From Fibrobacteria bacterium (GTDB lineage Bacteria > Fibrobacterota > Fibrobacteria > UBA11236), in NCBI GenBank assembly GCA_043745805.1, contig JAYTSD010000011.1, positions 1 through 49,051 on the forward strand: a DNA stretch of 49,051 nucleotides, given 5' to 3'. The translations under genes and the position numbers were made by a program. Within the stretch, counting starts at the first letter, position 1. Each line of letters begins with the position of its first letter. Positions 8,398 through 17,239 of the stretch are shown piece by piece. The notes below the pieces were generated by a model that did no database searches, had not been told where the DNA came from, and worked only from the letters and a program-made list of their open reading frames with translations.

Positions 8398-10125
8398 TTG
8401 CGAATAAAGAATTTTAAAAAATACCAAAGCCGTAATTTTTTTCTGAAGAGCGTTGTTTTATTTTTAATCGCTTTTGGAACCCATATACCTTGCGCAGGGC
8501 AGCCATCAGAATCCGAGAAGCGTATTCTGATGCAGGGCTTTTACTGGGATTGTTATAATGAAACAGGGAAGGGGCTTTGGTGGAATTTCCTCGCCTCTAA
8601 AACAAGCGCTCTGGCAGCGGCAGGCATAACTGAAATGTGGCTTCCTGTGTCTAGCAAAGGAAGTAGTGGCGGTTTTTCCATGGGTTACGATCCCTATGAC
8701 TATTATGATTTAGGAAATTTTGATCAGAGAGGTTCTATAAAAACTGGTTTTGGCAGTCGAGCAGAATTACAAAGTTTGATTTCTGTAATGCATATTAATG
8801 GTCTGAAAGCTTATGCGGATCTTGTCTTCAATCATAATTTTGGTGGAGCCAATGAAATAAATCCCCATACCGGCGATCAAGCCGCTACCTCATATGTCCC
8901 TTTAAGTGGCAAATATCAATTTCATTATGACAACTTTCATCCATGCACTTTCGAATCCAAAGATGAAGACGTTTTTTCCAATTTCCCGGACCTTTGTCAT
9001 GCAAATCCCACTACTATGTCAGTGCTTGTCAATTATAAAAAGTGGCTTAAGGATAGTATCGGCTATGATGGATGGAGATATGATTGGGTGAATGGTTACC
9101 ATCCCTGGGTCATTGATACACTTCAGCGAAAGGTGAGTGGTTTTGGTGTGGTGGAATTATGGGACAGTAAAGCTGGGGTAATGCAATATCTATCTAACAT
9201 TCACTACAATGCAAGCGTTTTCGATTTGCACCTATTTTATGCTCTTAAATCCATGTGTAACTCCGTCGATGGCAGTTACAACATGAAAAATCTTTGGGGG
9301 TCTGGTCTGGTCGATAGCCTTCCTGCGAATGCTGTTACCATTGTACAAAACCATGACTTGGATAAGGAGGCACAGTATCAGATAATAAATACCGATAAAA
9401 TGCTGGCCTATGCTGTCATTTTAACTCGAGATGGATTGCCGATGATATTTTGGCGAGATTATTTCAATTACAATCTTGCTAAAAGCGGAAAACCAAATGG
9501 CATAGATCAATTGCTATGGGTACGAAAAAACCTAGCTACCGGCAAACCAACGTTGTTGTATGCCGACACTAATCTTTATGTCATGCAGCGGAATGGTAAC
9601 CCAGGTTTGATTGTTGAAATCAATAACCACCCTACGGTCACAAAAACTGCGAATATTTTGTCCAAGTGGAAATCAGCAGTATTGAAGCCCTATGCCTATG
9701 GCAGTTCGGTTATCAATAAAACACCGCTGTGCTTAACCACTAGCATCAACGGTAATGTAGACATATCCGTCCCTCCGCGAGGATATATAGTGTATGCACC
9801 CGATGACGGAACCGACTTTCCGGTTAAATGTGATAAAAGTAGCGCCATTCGGTTACATGCTGTCCATACAGACTCTGCAAATATATCGATAAAATCTTTG
9901 AACGGTATTATTATGGTCGATTTGCGAGAATATCTAGGGGGTCCCTTTTACCTGAATATCATGGACTCTCGCGGGGTTTCATTTTTAAAAGAAGCCGCGA
10001 TGCCGCGAACCATTCATCGGATTTCAATGAAACATTTACCCAAGGGAATTTATCATCTTTCAATCGAGGGTACATCGTTAAAGGGAAATAAACAAATTCT
10101 GAATACAATGGACCTTAAACTTTGA
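8398..10125 (+). CDS. Secreted alpha-amylase, GH13 (GH13_7-like) with C-terminal sorting-like tail
   Basis: LMQGFYW, GYDPYDYYDLG, DLVFNH; catalytic GWRYD, VELWD, QNHD; signal peptide; TTG start uncertain. Confidence 0.9.
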   Translation: MRIKNFKKYQSRNFFLKSVVLFLIAFGTHIPCAGQPSESEKRILMQGFYWDCYNETGKGLWWNFLASKTSALAAAGITEMWLPVSSKGSSGGFSMGYDPYDYYDLGNFDQRGSIKTGFGSRAELQSLISVMHINGLKAYADLVFNHNFGGANEINPHTGDQAATSYVPLSGKYQFHYDNFHPCTFESKDEDVFSNFPDLCHANPTTMSVLVNYKKWLKDSIGYDGWRYDWVNGYHPWVIDTLQRKVSGFGVVELWDSKAGVMQYLSNIHYNASVFDLHLFYALKSMCNSVDGSYNMKNLWGSGLVDSLPANAVTIVQNHDLDKEAQYQIINTDKMLAYAVILTRDGLPMIFWRDYFNYNLAKSGKPNGIDQLLWVRKNLATGKPTLLYADTNLYVMQRNGNPGLIVEINNHPTVTKTANILSKWKSAVLKPYAYGSSVINKTPLCLTTSINGNVDISVPPRGYIVYAPDDGTDFPVKCDKSSAIRLHAVHTDSANISIKSLNGIIMVDLREYLGGPFYLNIMDSRGVSFLKEAAMPRTIHRISMKHLPKGIYHLSIEGTSLKGNKQILNTMDLKL

Positions 10126-10547
10126 AAAGCAATGCCCAATCGAATCCAAAACCGAGAAAAAAACCTTTGAAACATTTTGCATTAACACATCCTTATTTGA
10201 TAAATCTGACCTCTCAGATTAATCATTAATGACAAGTGCGAAATAGCGCTTAACTTTTAGTAACCGATAAGTTATTTGCTAATGTTAAAATATTTCCTCC
10301 ATCTGATTCAACTGTATTGATTTCCTCCATCTATTGGCTAAAAATTTTAATGTTGGAAAACTTTATATTCACTAGATAATTCTTTTAATTGTTAAATCAT
10401 GATAACTTTAACCCAAAAAATGACTATGGATTCCCAGCATTGGTGGACTTTCGCGCTTACTATAAAACCATAGTAAATCTATACTCGGTGCGTTAAACAA
10501 AGAGTAACGCTACTCACCGAGACCCTCATAAAAATTGGGAGGAGTTC

Positions 10548-12140
10548 ATGAATCCTAAAATAATTTCATATTGCAAAACTCTTACTTTCCTTATTATCGG
10601 CATTGGCTTGCAGCAAAAATCTTGGGCTGTTTTTAAATATCCAGGTTGCGACGATTTACAAGATTCGTCTTTTAAAAGTACCATACTTGTTAATCCAGCA
10701 AATAGCACCATTAATGAACCTTTGAAAATGGCCTTTGATCAGGATCAGACGGGAAATGTTGATGTTTATTGGGTGGAAAAACATGGCGCAGTGAAGCGTT
10801 ATAATGGAGTTGCGAAAACGGTGGACTCATTGGGATTTGTTATGGCAGAGGATGCTTTTGAATCAGGTTTGACAGGCATTGCTTTGGACCCTAATTTTAA
10901 AAGTAATCATTGGATGTATCTCTATTTTTGTTTTGGTGATGTAGTTACTGGTAAAAAAGGTGCGGGATCCAAAAATTATTGGTTTAAACTTTCGCGCTTT
11001 ACTTTGGGTGCAAATGGCAAATTAGATATGGCTTCGGAAAGTAATATGTTGAGTATTCCCGCATATTACCGTGAAAGCCATACCGGCGGTGCGATGCGTT
11101 TTGATGGAGAGGGTAACCTGTATATTACTACGGGTGAAAATGGTGCAGGTGCGGAAGGTACGGCGAATACCAATGATTTACGCGGCAAAATTTTACGCAT
11201 TCATCCTACTTCCGATGGCAAATACACAATTCCTCAAGGCAATTTATATCCTGAAGGCATGCTTAAAACTAGACCTGAAATTTATGTGATGGGTGCGCGC
11301 AATCCATATTCTATCAGTTTAGATCCTATCCGTAAGGCTGTGCTATGGGGCGATGTGGGACCTGATGGTACGGGTATTACAGAAGAACATAATATTACTT
11401 CAGTTCCAGGATATTTTGGTTATCCATATTTTGCTGGAGCCAATAAATTGATTAGCGGTACGCAAATAGCTTCGGCTCCACTAGCCGATACTAATGTGAA
11501 TTTGGGGTTACCGAAACACGCGGGTTTATGGCAATTGCCACCAGCCATTCCAGCAGTGGATGCCTATAATCAAGCGGCGGCTATTACTGGACCTATATAT
11601 CGCTATAATGGGCAATTAAATTCCGCAGTTAAAATGCCACCACATTTTGAGGGCATCTGGTTTGTATCAGACTTTAATAATTCCTGGATAGAAGCCTTAA
11701 CCTTAGATGCTGCAGGCCTTAATATAGTGGCGAGAGAAAAGGTATTTACTAAAATGCGTTTTTATGGACCTTTGGATTTTCAAACCGGCCCGGATGGCGC
11801 ATTTTATCTTTTGAATTATGCGGGACACCATAGCATAACGCCTAATACTTCCCTTGTGCGTGTGGAATATCGCGGCAATTGTCATCCAGGAATTTCTATT
11901 GGAACAACCCCACCGGTAACTTCTAATTCCCAAACTTTGCAAACCAATGGCTTGCGTATTTTAGTGAATACTATCGGCAAACATCGACTATTAGTTGTGA
12001 ATTTGCAGGGGCAAACAGTTAAAGTATTTTATGGGAAAGGCTCCGCAAATTATAGCTTAGCGAGTATTTCTCAAACGGGAGTTTGTGTTTTGCATTTGAT
12101 CACAGAGCAAGGAATTGTTTCGACCAAGGTTTTTAAATAG
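10548..12140 (+). CDS. PQQ-dependent glucose/sorbosone dehydrogenase-family beta-propeller, secreted
   Basis: GLTGIALDPNF, HTGGAMRF, DLRGKILRIHP, EIYVMGARNPY; GGAGGAG RBS; signal peptide. Confidence 0.88.
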   Translation: MNPKIISYCKTLTFLIIGIGLQQKSWAVFKYPGCDDLQDSSFKSTILVNPANSTINEPLKMAFDQDQTGNVDVYWVEKHGAVKRYNGVAKTVDSLGFVMAEDAFESGLTGIALDPNFKSNHWMYLYFCFGDVVTGKKGAGSKNYWFKLSRFTLGANGKLDMASESNMLSIPAYYRESHTGGAMRFDGEGNLYITTGENGAGAEGTANTNDLRGKILRIHPTSDGKYTIPQGNLYPEGMLKTRPEIYVMGARNPYSISLDPIRKAVLWGDVGPDGTGITEEHNITSVPGYFGYPYFAGANKLISGTQIASAPLADTNVNLGLPKHAGLWQLPPAIPAVDAYNQAAAITGPIYRYNGQLNSAVKMPPHFEGIWFVSDFNNSWIEALTLDAAGLNIVAREKVFTKMRFYGPLDFQTGPDGAFYLLNYAGHHSITPNTSLVRVEYRGNCHPGISIGTTPPVTSNSQTLQTNGLRILVNTIGKHRLLVVNLQGQTVKVFYGKGSANYSLASISQTGVCVLHLITEQGIVSTKVFK

Positions 12141-12303
12141 TAGAGTTAAGCTTTTGTATGTTGTCGATGCAATTAATAGAGCCTTTCTCACATATTTAAA
12201 TAAAAAAAAGATTGATACAAAATATTTTCCTTAGGTATCAAATAAGATAAGTTTAGGTATACGCCTAATTCAGTCTTAAAACACAAATCTTAAGGGATTA
12301 TTT

Positions 12304-14403
12304 ATGCAAAAAAGATTTTGTAAAATAGTATTTACCACAATATTTTCTGCAATGCTTGTGCAAGCTGGGTCCGATACTAGGCTACCAGGATTTTTTCCAG
12401 TTATTGCTGCGGGAAATACTCATTCCTTATTAATTAAACCTAATGGTCAGGTTTATGCTTGGGGAAGCAATACAAGCGGAGAAATTGGGGATGGCACGAA
12501 TACACAAAGATTGAATCCAGTTTTCAGCCAATTTGATTTCTTAGAAGTAGCGGCGGGAAATGGTTTTTCTCTAGGTATTACTGAATGGGGTGGACTAGTC
12601 AGTTGGGGCAAAAATGATAAAGGGCAATTGGGCCTTGCATTAACTGAAAATCGGAATTTTGGTACGGTAGTCGGTGATTTTGGTAAATGGCGAACTGTAG
12701 CCGCAGGTTATGATCATGCTTTCGGGATTGATTATTCAGGCCAACTTTGGGCTTGGGGAAATAATCATGATGGGGAATTGGGTATTGGTAGTTTTATCGA
12801 TCAAAGTTATCCACAACAGGTTGGCAGTGGAAATAATTGGATATCGGTAGCTGCTGGCAAATATTTTACCATCGCATTACAAGCAGACGGATCCTTATGG
12901 GGTTGGGGCTTGAATAGTAATTATCAATTAGGCCTTGGGAATACCAGTAGCGGGCATAATACCCCCGTTCAAATCGGTTCTACTTCCGATCATTGGAAAA
13001 GTATTGCGGTGGGTTCGGGACATGTATTAGCCTTAAAAGATGACGGAAGTATTTATGCTTGGGGCTTAAATGATCAAGGTCAAGTGGGGGATAATGGTTA
13101 TCCGGCAGTACGTAAGAGTTACATCAAGGTTTCCTCCGGTCCTTATAAAACGATTAGCGCCGGCGATCATCATAGCTTAGCTATTAAAGCCGATGGTAGC
13201 CTATATGCTTGGGGCGATAATAGTAAAGGAGAATTGTCTTTCACAAGTTCTACCACCCGAAAACTGACGCCTTCCCATGTTGGGTCGGGTAAAGATTGGC
13301 AATATATATCGGCCGGTGGCTATTATTCCATCGCACTTAAAGCCGATGGTTCCTTGGTGACTTGGGGCAGCAATGGCTCTGGTCAATTAGGTATTGGCAA
13401 TAATACCGCTAATCAATATGCCGCCGTTAAACCTTTTCAAACAAGTGGGGATGCTTTTGCTACCGATAGCAAACCAGGATTTGTTACCTCGGGACAAGAG
13501 CATGAATTGGATGTACGCAGTAATGGTAATTTAGAAACCTGGGGGGACAATACTAGTGGAAAACTTGGAGTTTCACTCGCAGTTACCGGTGGCGTACAAT
13601 TGCCCACAGTTTTTGTTACTGGCAATCAATGGGTAGCTGCCGCGGGTGGCGATGATCATAGTGTGGGTTTAAAAAATGACGGCACAGTTTGGACTTGGGG
13701 TGGCAATGAATATGGTCAATTAGGAAATGGCGATTTAACCGGTGCAAGTCAATTTAATCCGGTACATGTTACTACTTCGACAGATAATAGATGGGCTAAA
13801 ATTGATGCCGGTTTCACTACTATTACGGCTTTAAAAGCAGATGGAACTTTATGGAAATGGGGTGGCACTTTAGGTTCAAAGCCAACACAATACGGAACCA
13901 CTGCCCAAAGATGGATTGCTTTTTGTAATACCATTGCCATAAATTCTGATGGTACTTTATGGTCCATTTCCGGTTCCACACCAGTTCAAATCGATGCGAA
14001 CCGAAATTGGGTAACGGTGGGAGATGGTACTGTAGGATTTGCTTCAGCCATAAATGCAAGAGGCGAGCTATACGATTACAATTCCGGCGCAATGAACATT
14101 TTTAGTTTTGGTCCTTATTTGCTCCTTGCTAAATCGGATTGGAGCACTTTGGCAACGGGTACCGATGGTTATGTATTTGGTTGGGGATTTAATAACTGGG
14201 GAGAGATTGGTGATGGCACTACTGACTCCTATACCTTTCCTACTTATTCTGGTTATTGGGCGCCGCGTATGTTAAGTAGTAATGGTAACTTTTTGTTTCT
14301 CGAGCTTAATGCACGCGGTATAATTAGCGGTTCCGGTAATGCTGAGGTTACCTATATTGGAAGTCGAACCACTCCGATTAATGTACCAGGGCATATTTAT
14401 TAA
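12304..14403 (+). CDS. Secreted RCC1-repeat beta-propeller protein
   Basis: Many ~50-aa repeats (I/V)AAGxxHSL...DGSLxAWGxNxxGQLG; signal peptide. Confidence 0.9.
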   Translation: MQKRFCKIVFTTIFSAMLVQAGSDTRLPGFFPVIAAGNTHSLLIKPNGQVYAWGSNTSGEIGDGTNTQRLNPVFSQFDFLEVAAGNGFSLGITEWGGLVSWGKNDKGQLGLALTENRNFGTVVGDFGKWRTVAAGYDHAFGIDYSGQLWAWGNNHDGELGIGSFIDQSYPQQVGSGNNWISVAAGKYFTIALQADGSLWGWGLNSNYQLGLGNTSSGHNTPVQIGSTSDHWKSIAVGSGHVLALKDDGSIYAWGLNDQGQVGDNGYPAVRKSYIKVSSGPYKTISAGDHHSLAIKADGSLYAWGDNSKGELSFTSSTTRKLTPSHVGSGKDWQYISAGGYYSIALKADGSLVTWGSNGSGQLGIGNNTANQYAAVKPFQTSGDAFATDSKPGFVTSGQEHELDVRSNGNLETWGDNTSGKLGVSLAVTGGVQLPTVFVTGNQWVAAAGGDDHSVGLKNDGTVWTWGGNEYGQLGNGDLTGASQFNPVHVTTSTDNRWAKIDAGFTTITALKADGTLWKWGGTLGSKPTQYGTTAQRWIAFCNTIAINSDGTLWSISGSTPVQIDANRNWVTVGDGTVGFASAINARGELYDYNSGAMNIFSFGPYLLLAKSDWSTLATGTDGYVFGWGFNNWGEIGDGTTDSYTFPTYSGYWAPRMLSSNGNFLFLELNARGIISGSGNAEVTYIGSRTTPINVPGHIY

Positions 14404-14426
14404 AGTACCATTCAGATATTAATTTC

Positions 14427-14467
14427 AAGGATCCTTTGGTTTAACCAAAATCAAGGGAGCCTTTTTT
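14427..14467 (+). terminator. Possible terminator after the RCC1 gene
   Basis: Imperfect stem AAGGATCCTTTGG...CCAAAATCAAGGGAGCCTT followed by a T-run. Confidence 0.4.
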
Positions 14468-14776
14468 ATGGCTATACAAAAAATGGACTGCGCTTCGTGG
14501 CTAAAATGGTTGCCTCTAGTTTTAAACAAACGTAGTTCCTTTTAAAATCCCGAAACCATTTGTCAAACAACTCGAAAATTATGGAAAAATTTTATATAAA
14601 TACCGATTTGTCCAGAAATTTTGCTCTTCCAAAAACCTCCTATATTTTCCTTACTTGAAAATTGCGCATTTTTTTTTGAATTTATCGTATGGACGGATTG
14701 CCAAGAAATAACTCTTGCTTTCTGCTTAGATAAAATAGTTTTTAGCTTATTGGACACTTAACTGTGAAAATTAACT

Positions 14777-16576
14777 GTGAAAAATACTTCAGAATCTTCT
14801 ATTGATTTAGCCTCTTCGGTTTGTCGCCTAGATAAGCCTTGTTCGGAGCATTTCGTACAATTTTACGAGAATGATGAGTTTTTGGTTCAATCTGTTGCTG
14901 AATTCGTGGGATCAAGTTTGCGATTGGGGCAAAATGCCATCGTCATAGCTACTTCCGAACATTTTACCGCACTTCATCAACAATTGCAAAAACAAGGATT
15001 GGATTTTGAATCTCTCAGTCGAGAGGGCCATTATTTTCCGCTAGATGCAGCGGACACTTTGGCCCAATTTATGGTGAATGGTTTTCCTGATGAAAATTTA
15101 TTTGCACAAAGTGTGGGAGCGCTTTTAGAGCGTATTGCTCGAGGGGGACAAAAGATAGTCGCTTTCGGAGAAATGGTCGCCTTATTATGGGCACAAGGAA
15201 ATTGGGAAGGAGCTATTCGACTTGAACAACTCTGGAATATATGGGGTAAAAAACAAAGTTTTTCCCTTTTTTGTGCCTATCCTATAGGTAACTTTCAGCG
15301 TTCCGAGCATGGAAAGTTTTTTGAACATATTTGCCAAGAGCATTCTCATGTTCTTCCCGCGGAAAGTTATACACAGCAGGCGAATGAAGATGGGAAATTA
15401 CGTATCATCACTTCTTTGCAACAAAAAGCAGCTTCTCTTGAAGCTGAAATTGCCGAACGCAAAGAAGTAGAAAAGGCTTTGCGCCGACGTGAAAATGAAT
15501 TGTTGTTTTTTTTAGAAAATGCCAATGAAGCAATTCATCAAATAGGAATGGATGGCAAATTGCTATGGGCCAATAAAGCCGAATTGCAATTATTGGGATA
15601 TACCGCCGAAGAATATATCGGCCATTATGCGGGAGAATTCCATGTCGATGCAGAAGTATTAACGGATATACTACAACGTCTTTCTCTAGGAGAAAAATTA
15701 TTAGGCTTTGAAGCTCGCTTGCGCTGCAAGAATGGCTCTATCCGTTATGTATCCATTAACTCAAGTGCCCAGTGGGAAGGCGATCATTTCCTATATACGC
15801 AATGTTTTATGCGTGATATTACCTTGCAAAAAAGGTCGGGTGAAGAATTGGAAAATTTAGTAAAACAACGCACGGCACAGCTACAAGAGAGTTTGGAGGA
15901 GCTCGGGGCATTTTCCTATAGTGTCTCCCATGATTTACGCTCTCCCTTGCGTGCCATGCAATGTTATGCAGAATCCCTATTGCAAGATTATGGCCAAAAA
16001 CTTGATGCTGAAGCGAGCATAAGACTGGAGCGCATTCAAAAAGCGTCCATCCATTTGGATCAACTAGTGCGTGATATTCTCGCCTATAGCAAAATAGCGC
16101 AAGGGCAGCTGGAATTAAAGCCCATTGATTTAGAACCTTTTCTTAAGCAAGTGATACAACAAAATCCGCAATTGGATAAAATGAAAAGTTTTATTTCTGT
16201 TCAATATCCTTTGCATTCTGTTATAGCCCATGAGGCCTGCCTTAGCCAATGTCTAGTGAATTTGATGGGGAATAGTTTGAAATTCGTAAAGGCTGGAACC
16301 TTGCCTCAAGTGCAAATTCGCAGTGAAAGCCATGAAGGGAAAGTCCGCATTTGGGTCAGTGATAAAGGCATCGGTATTCATCCGGATCATCGGGACAGAG
16401 TATTCCGTATTTTTGGAAGAGTGTATTCCGAAAAGCATTATGAAGGCACGGGCATAGGTTTGGCTATTGTAAAGAAAGCGATAATGCGCATGGGTGGCGA
16501 AATCGACTTTCAATCCACGCTTGGATATGGCACTGATTTTTGGTTCACTTTAGGAGATGCTAATGGCAACGAATAG
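14777..16576 (+). CDS. Soluble sensor histidine kinase (MEDS-PAS-HisKA-HATPase)
   Basis: HFVQFYEND and AFGEMVALLW (MEDS); PAS; SVSHDLRSPL H-box; EGTGIGLAIV G2 box; GTG start. Confidence 0.9.
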   Translation: MKNTSESSIDLASSVCRLDKPCSEHFVQFYENDEFLVQSVAEFVGSSLRLGQNAIVIATSEHFTALHQQLQKQGLDFESLSREGHYFPLDAADTLAQFMVNGFPDENLFAQSVGALLERIARGGQKIVAFGEMVALLWAQGNWEGAIRLEQLWNIWGKKQSFSLFCAYPIGNFQRSEHGKFFEHICQEHSHVLPAESYTQQANEDGKLRIITSLQQKAASLEAEIAERKEVEKALRRRENELLFFLENANEAIHQIGMDGKLLWANKAELQLLGYTAEEYIGHYAGEFHVDAEVLTDILQRLSLGEKLLGFEARLRCKNGSIRYVSINSSAQWEGDHFLYTQCFMRDITLQKRSGEELENLVKQRTAQLQESLEELGAFSYSVSHDLRSPLRAMQCYAESLLQDYGQKLDAEASIRLERIQKASIHLDQLVRDILAYSKIAQGQLELKPIDLEPFLKQVIQQNPQLDKMKSFISVQYPLHSVIAHEACLSQCLVNLMGNSLKFVKAGTLPQVQIRSESHEGKVRIWVSDKGIGIHPDHRDRVFRIFGRVYSEKHYEGTGIGLAIVKKAIMRMGGEIDFQSTLGYGTDFWFTLGDANGNE

Positions 16577-17015
16577 TCCAATTTTACTCGTGGAAGATAA
16601 TGAAGATGAAGTCTTCATTTTGAAACGCGCGCTTAAAGAAGCGGGCATAGAGAATCCGCTTCATATAGTAGACGATGGTCAAGAAGCTATTGATTATTTG
16701 ACTGGTAATGATCAATTCGAGGATCGTACACGTTACCCCCTTCCGACCATGGTTTTATTGGATTTGAAACTCCCGTTAAAATCGGGGCATGAAGTTTTAG
16801 CTTGGATACGCCAACAAGGGCCTTATCAGTCAATGATTGTAATAGTATTAAGTTCATCCGAAGAACCGGCAGATATTCAAAGAGCTTATCGTTTAGGGGC
16901 GAATTCTTATTTACTCAAGCCCACGACATCCGAACAATTTGTGGATATTGTTAAAGCTTTTAAGGCTTATTGGCTCGATAATAATCGCTTTGGTATTTCC
17001 GGCGCCTTTATTTAA
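16563..17015 (+). CDS. Single-domain response regulator (Rcp1-like)
   Basis: ILLVEDN, LLDLKLP, GANSYLLKP; AGGAG 6 nt before ATG 16563; overlaps the kinase stop. Confidence 0.92.
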   Translation: MATNSPILLVEDNEDEVFILKRALKEAGIENPLHIVDDGQEAIDYLTGNDQFEDRTRYPLPTMVLLDLKLPLKSGHEVLAWIRQQGPYQSMIVIVLSSSEEPADIQRAYRLGANSYLLKPTTSEQFVDIVKAFKAYWLDNNRFGISGAFI

Positions 17016-17239
17016 CCGAAGGCTTTTACACTTTATTCTTTGCACAACATTTAAGTTTTACCCCTCGGTACTATTTTTTCGCAATGACGACAAACTAATA
17101 CTTCGCCCACGGGTTGCGCTTTACGAATTTTGGAATTTTGTTACCTAGCAGAAAATTCTGCCTTCAATTTTATAAAAAAAAATTAGGTCTTTTATTTTTC
17201 TGAATTTATTTTCCGGTTAAATACTTAAGAGGAATTAAT

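Noticed and set aside
5900-8400. Run of short co-oriented accessory genes suggesting integron cassettes
   Set aside because: No attC-like inverted structures or shared intergenic repeats found, and no integrase in the window.
14563-14757. 64-aa minus-strand ORF upstream of the MEDS kinase
   Set aside because: AT-rich promoter region, weak start, no motif.
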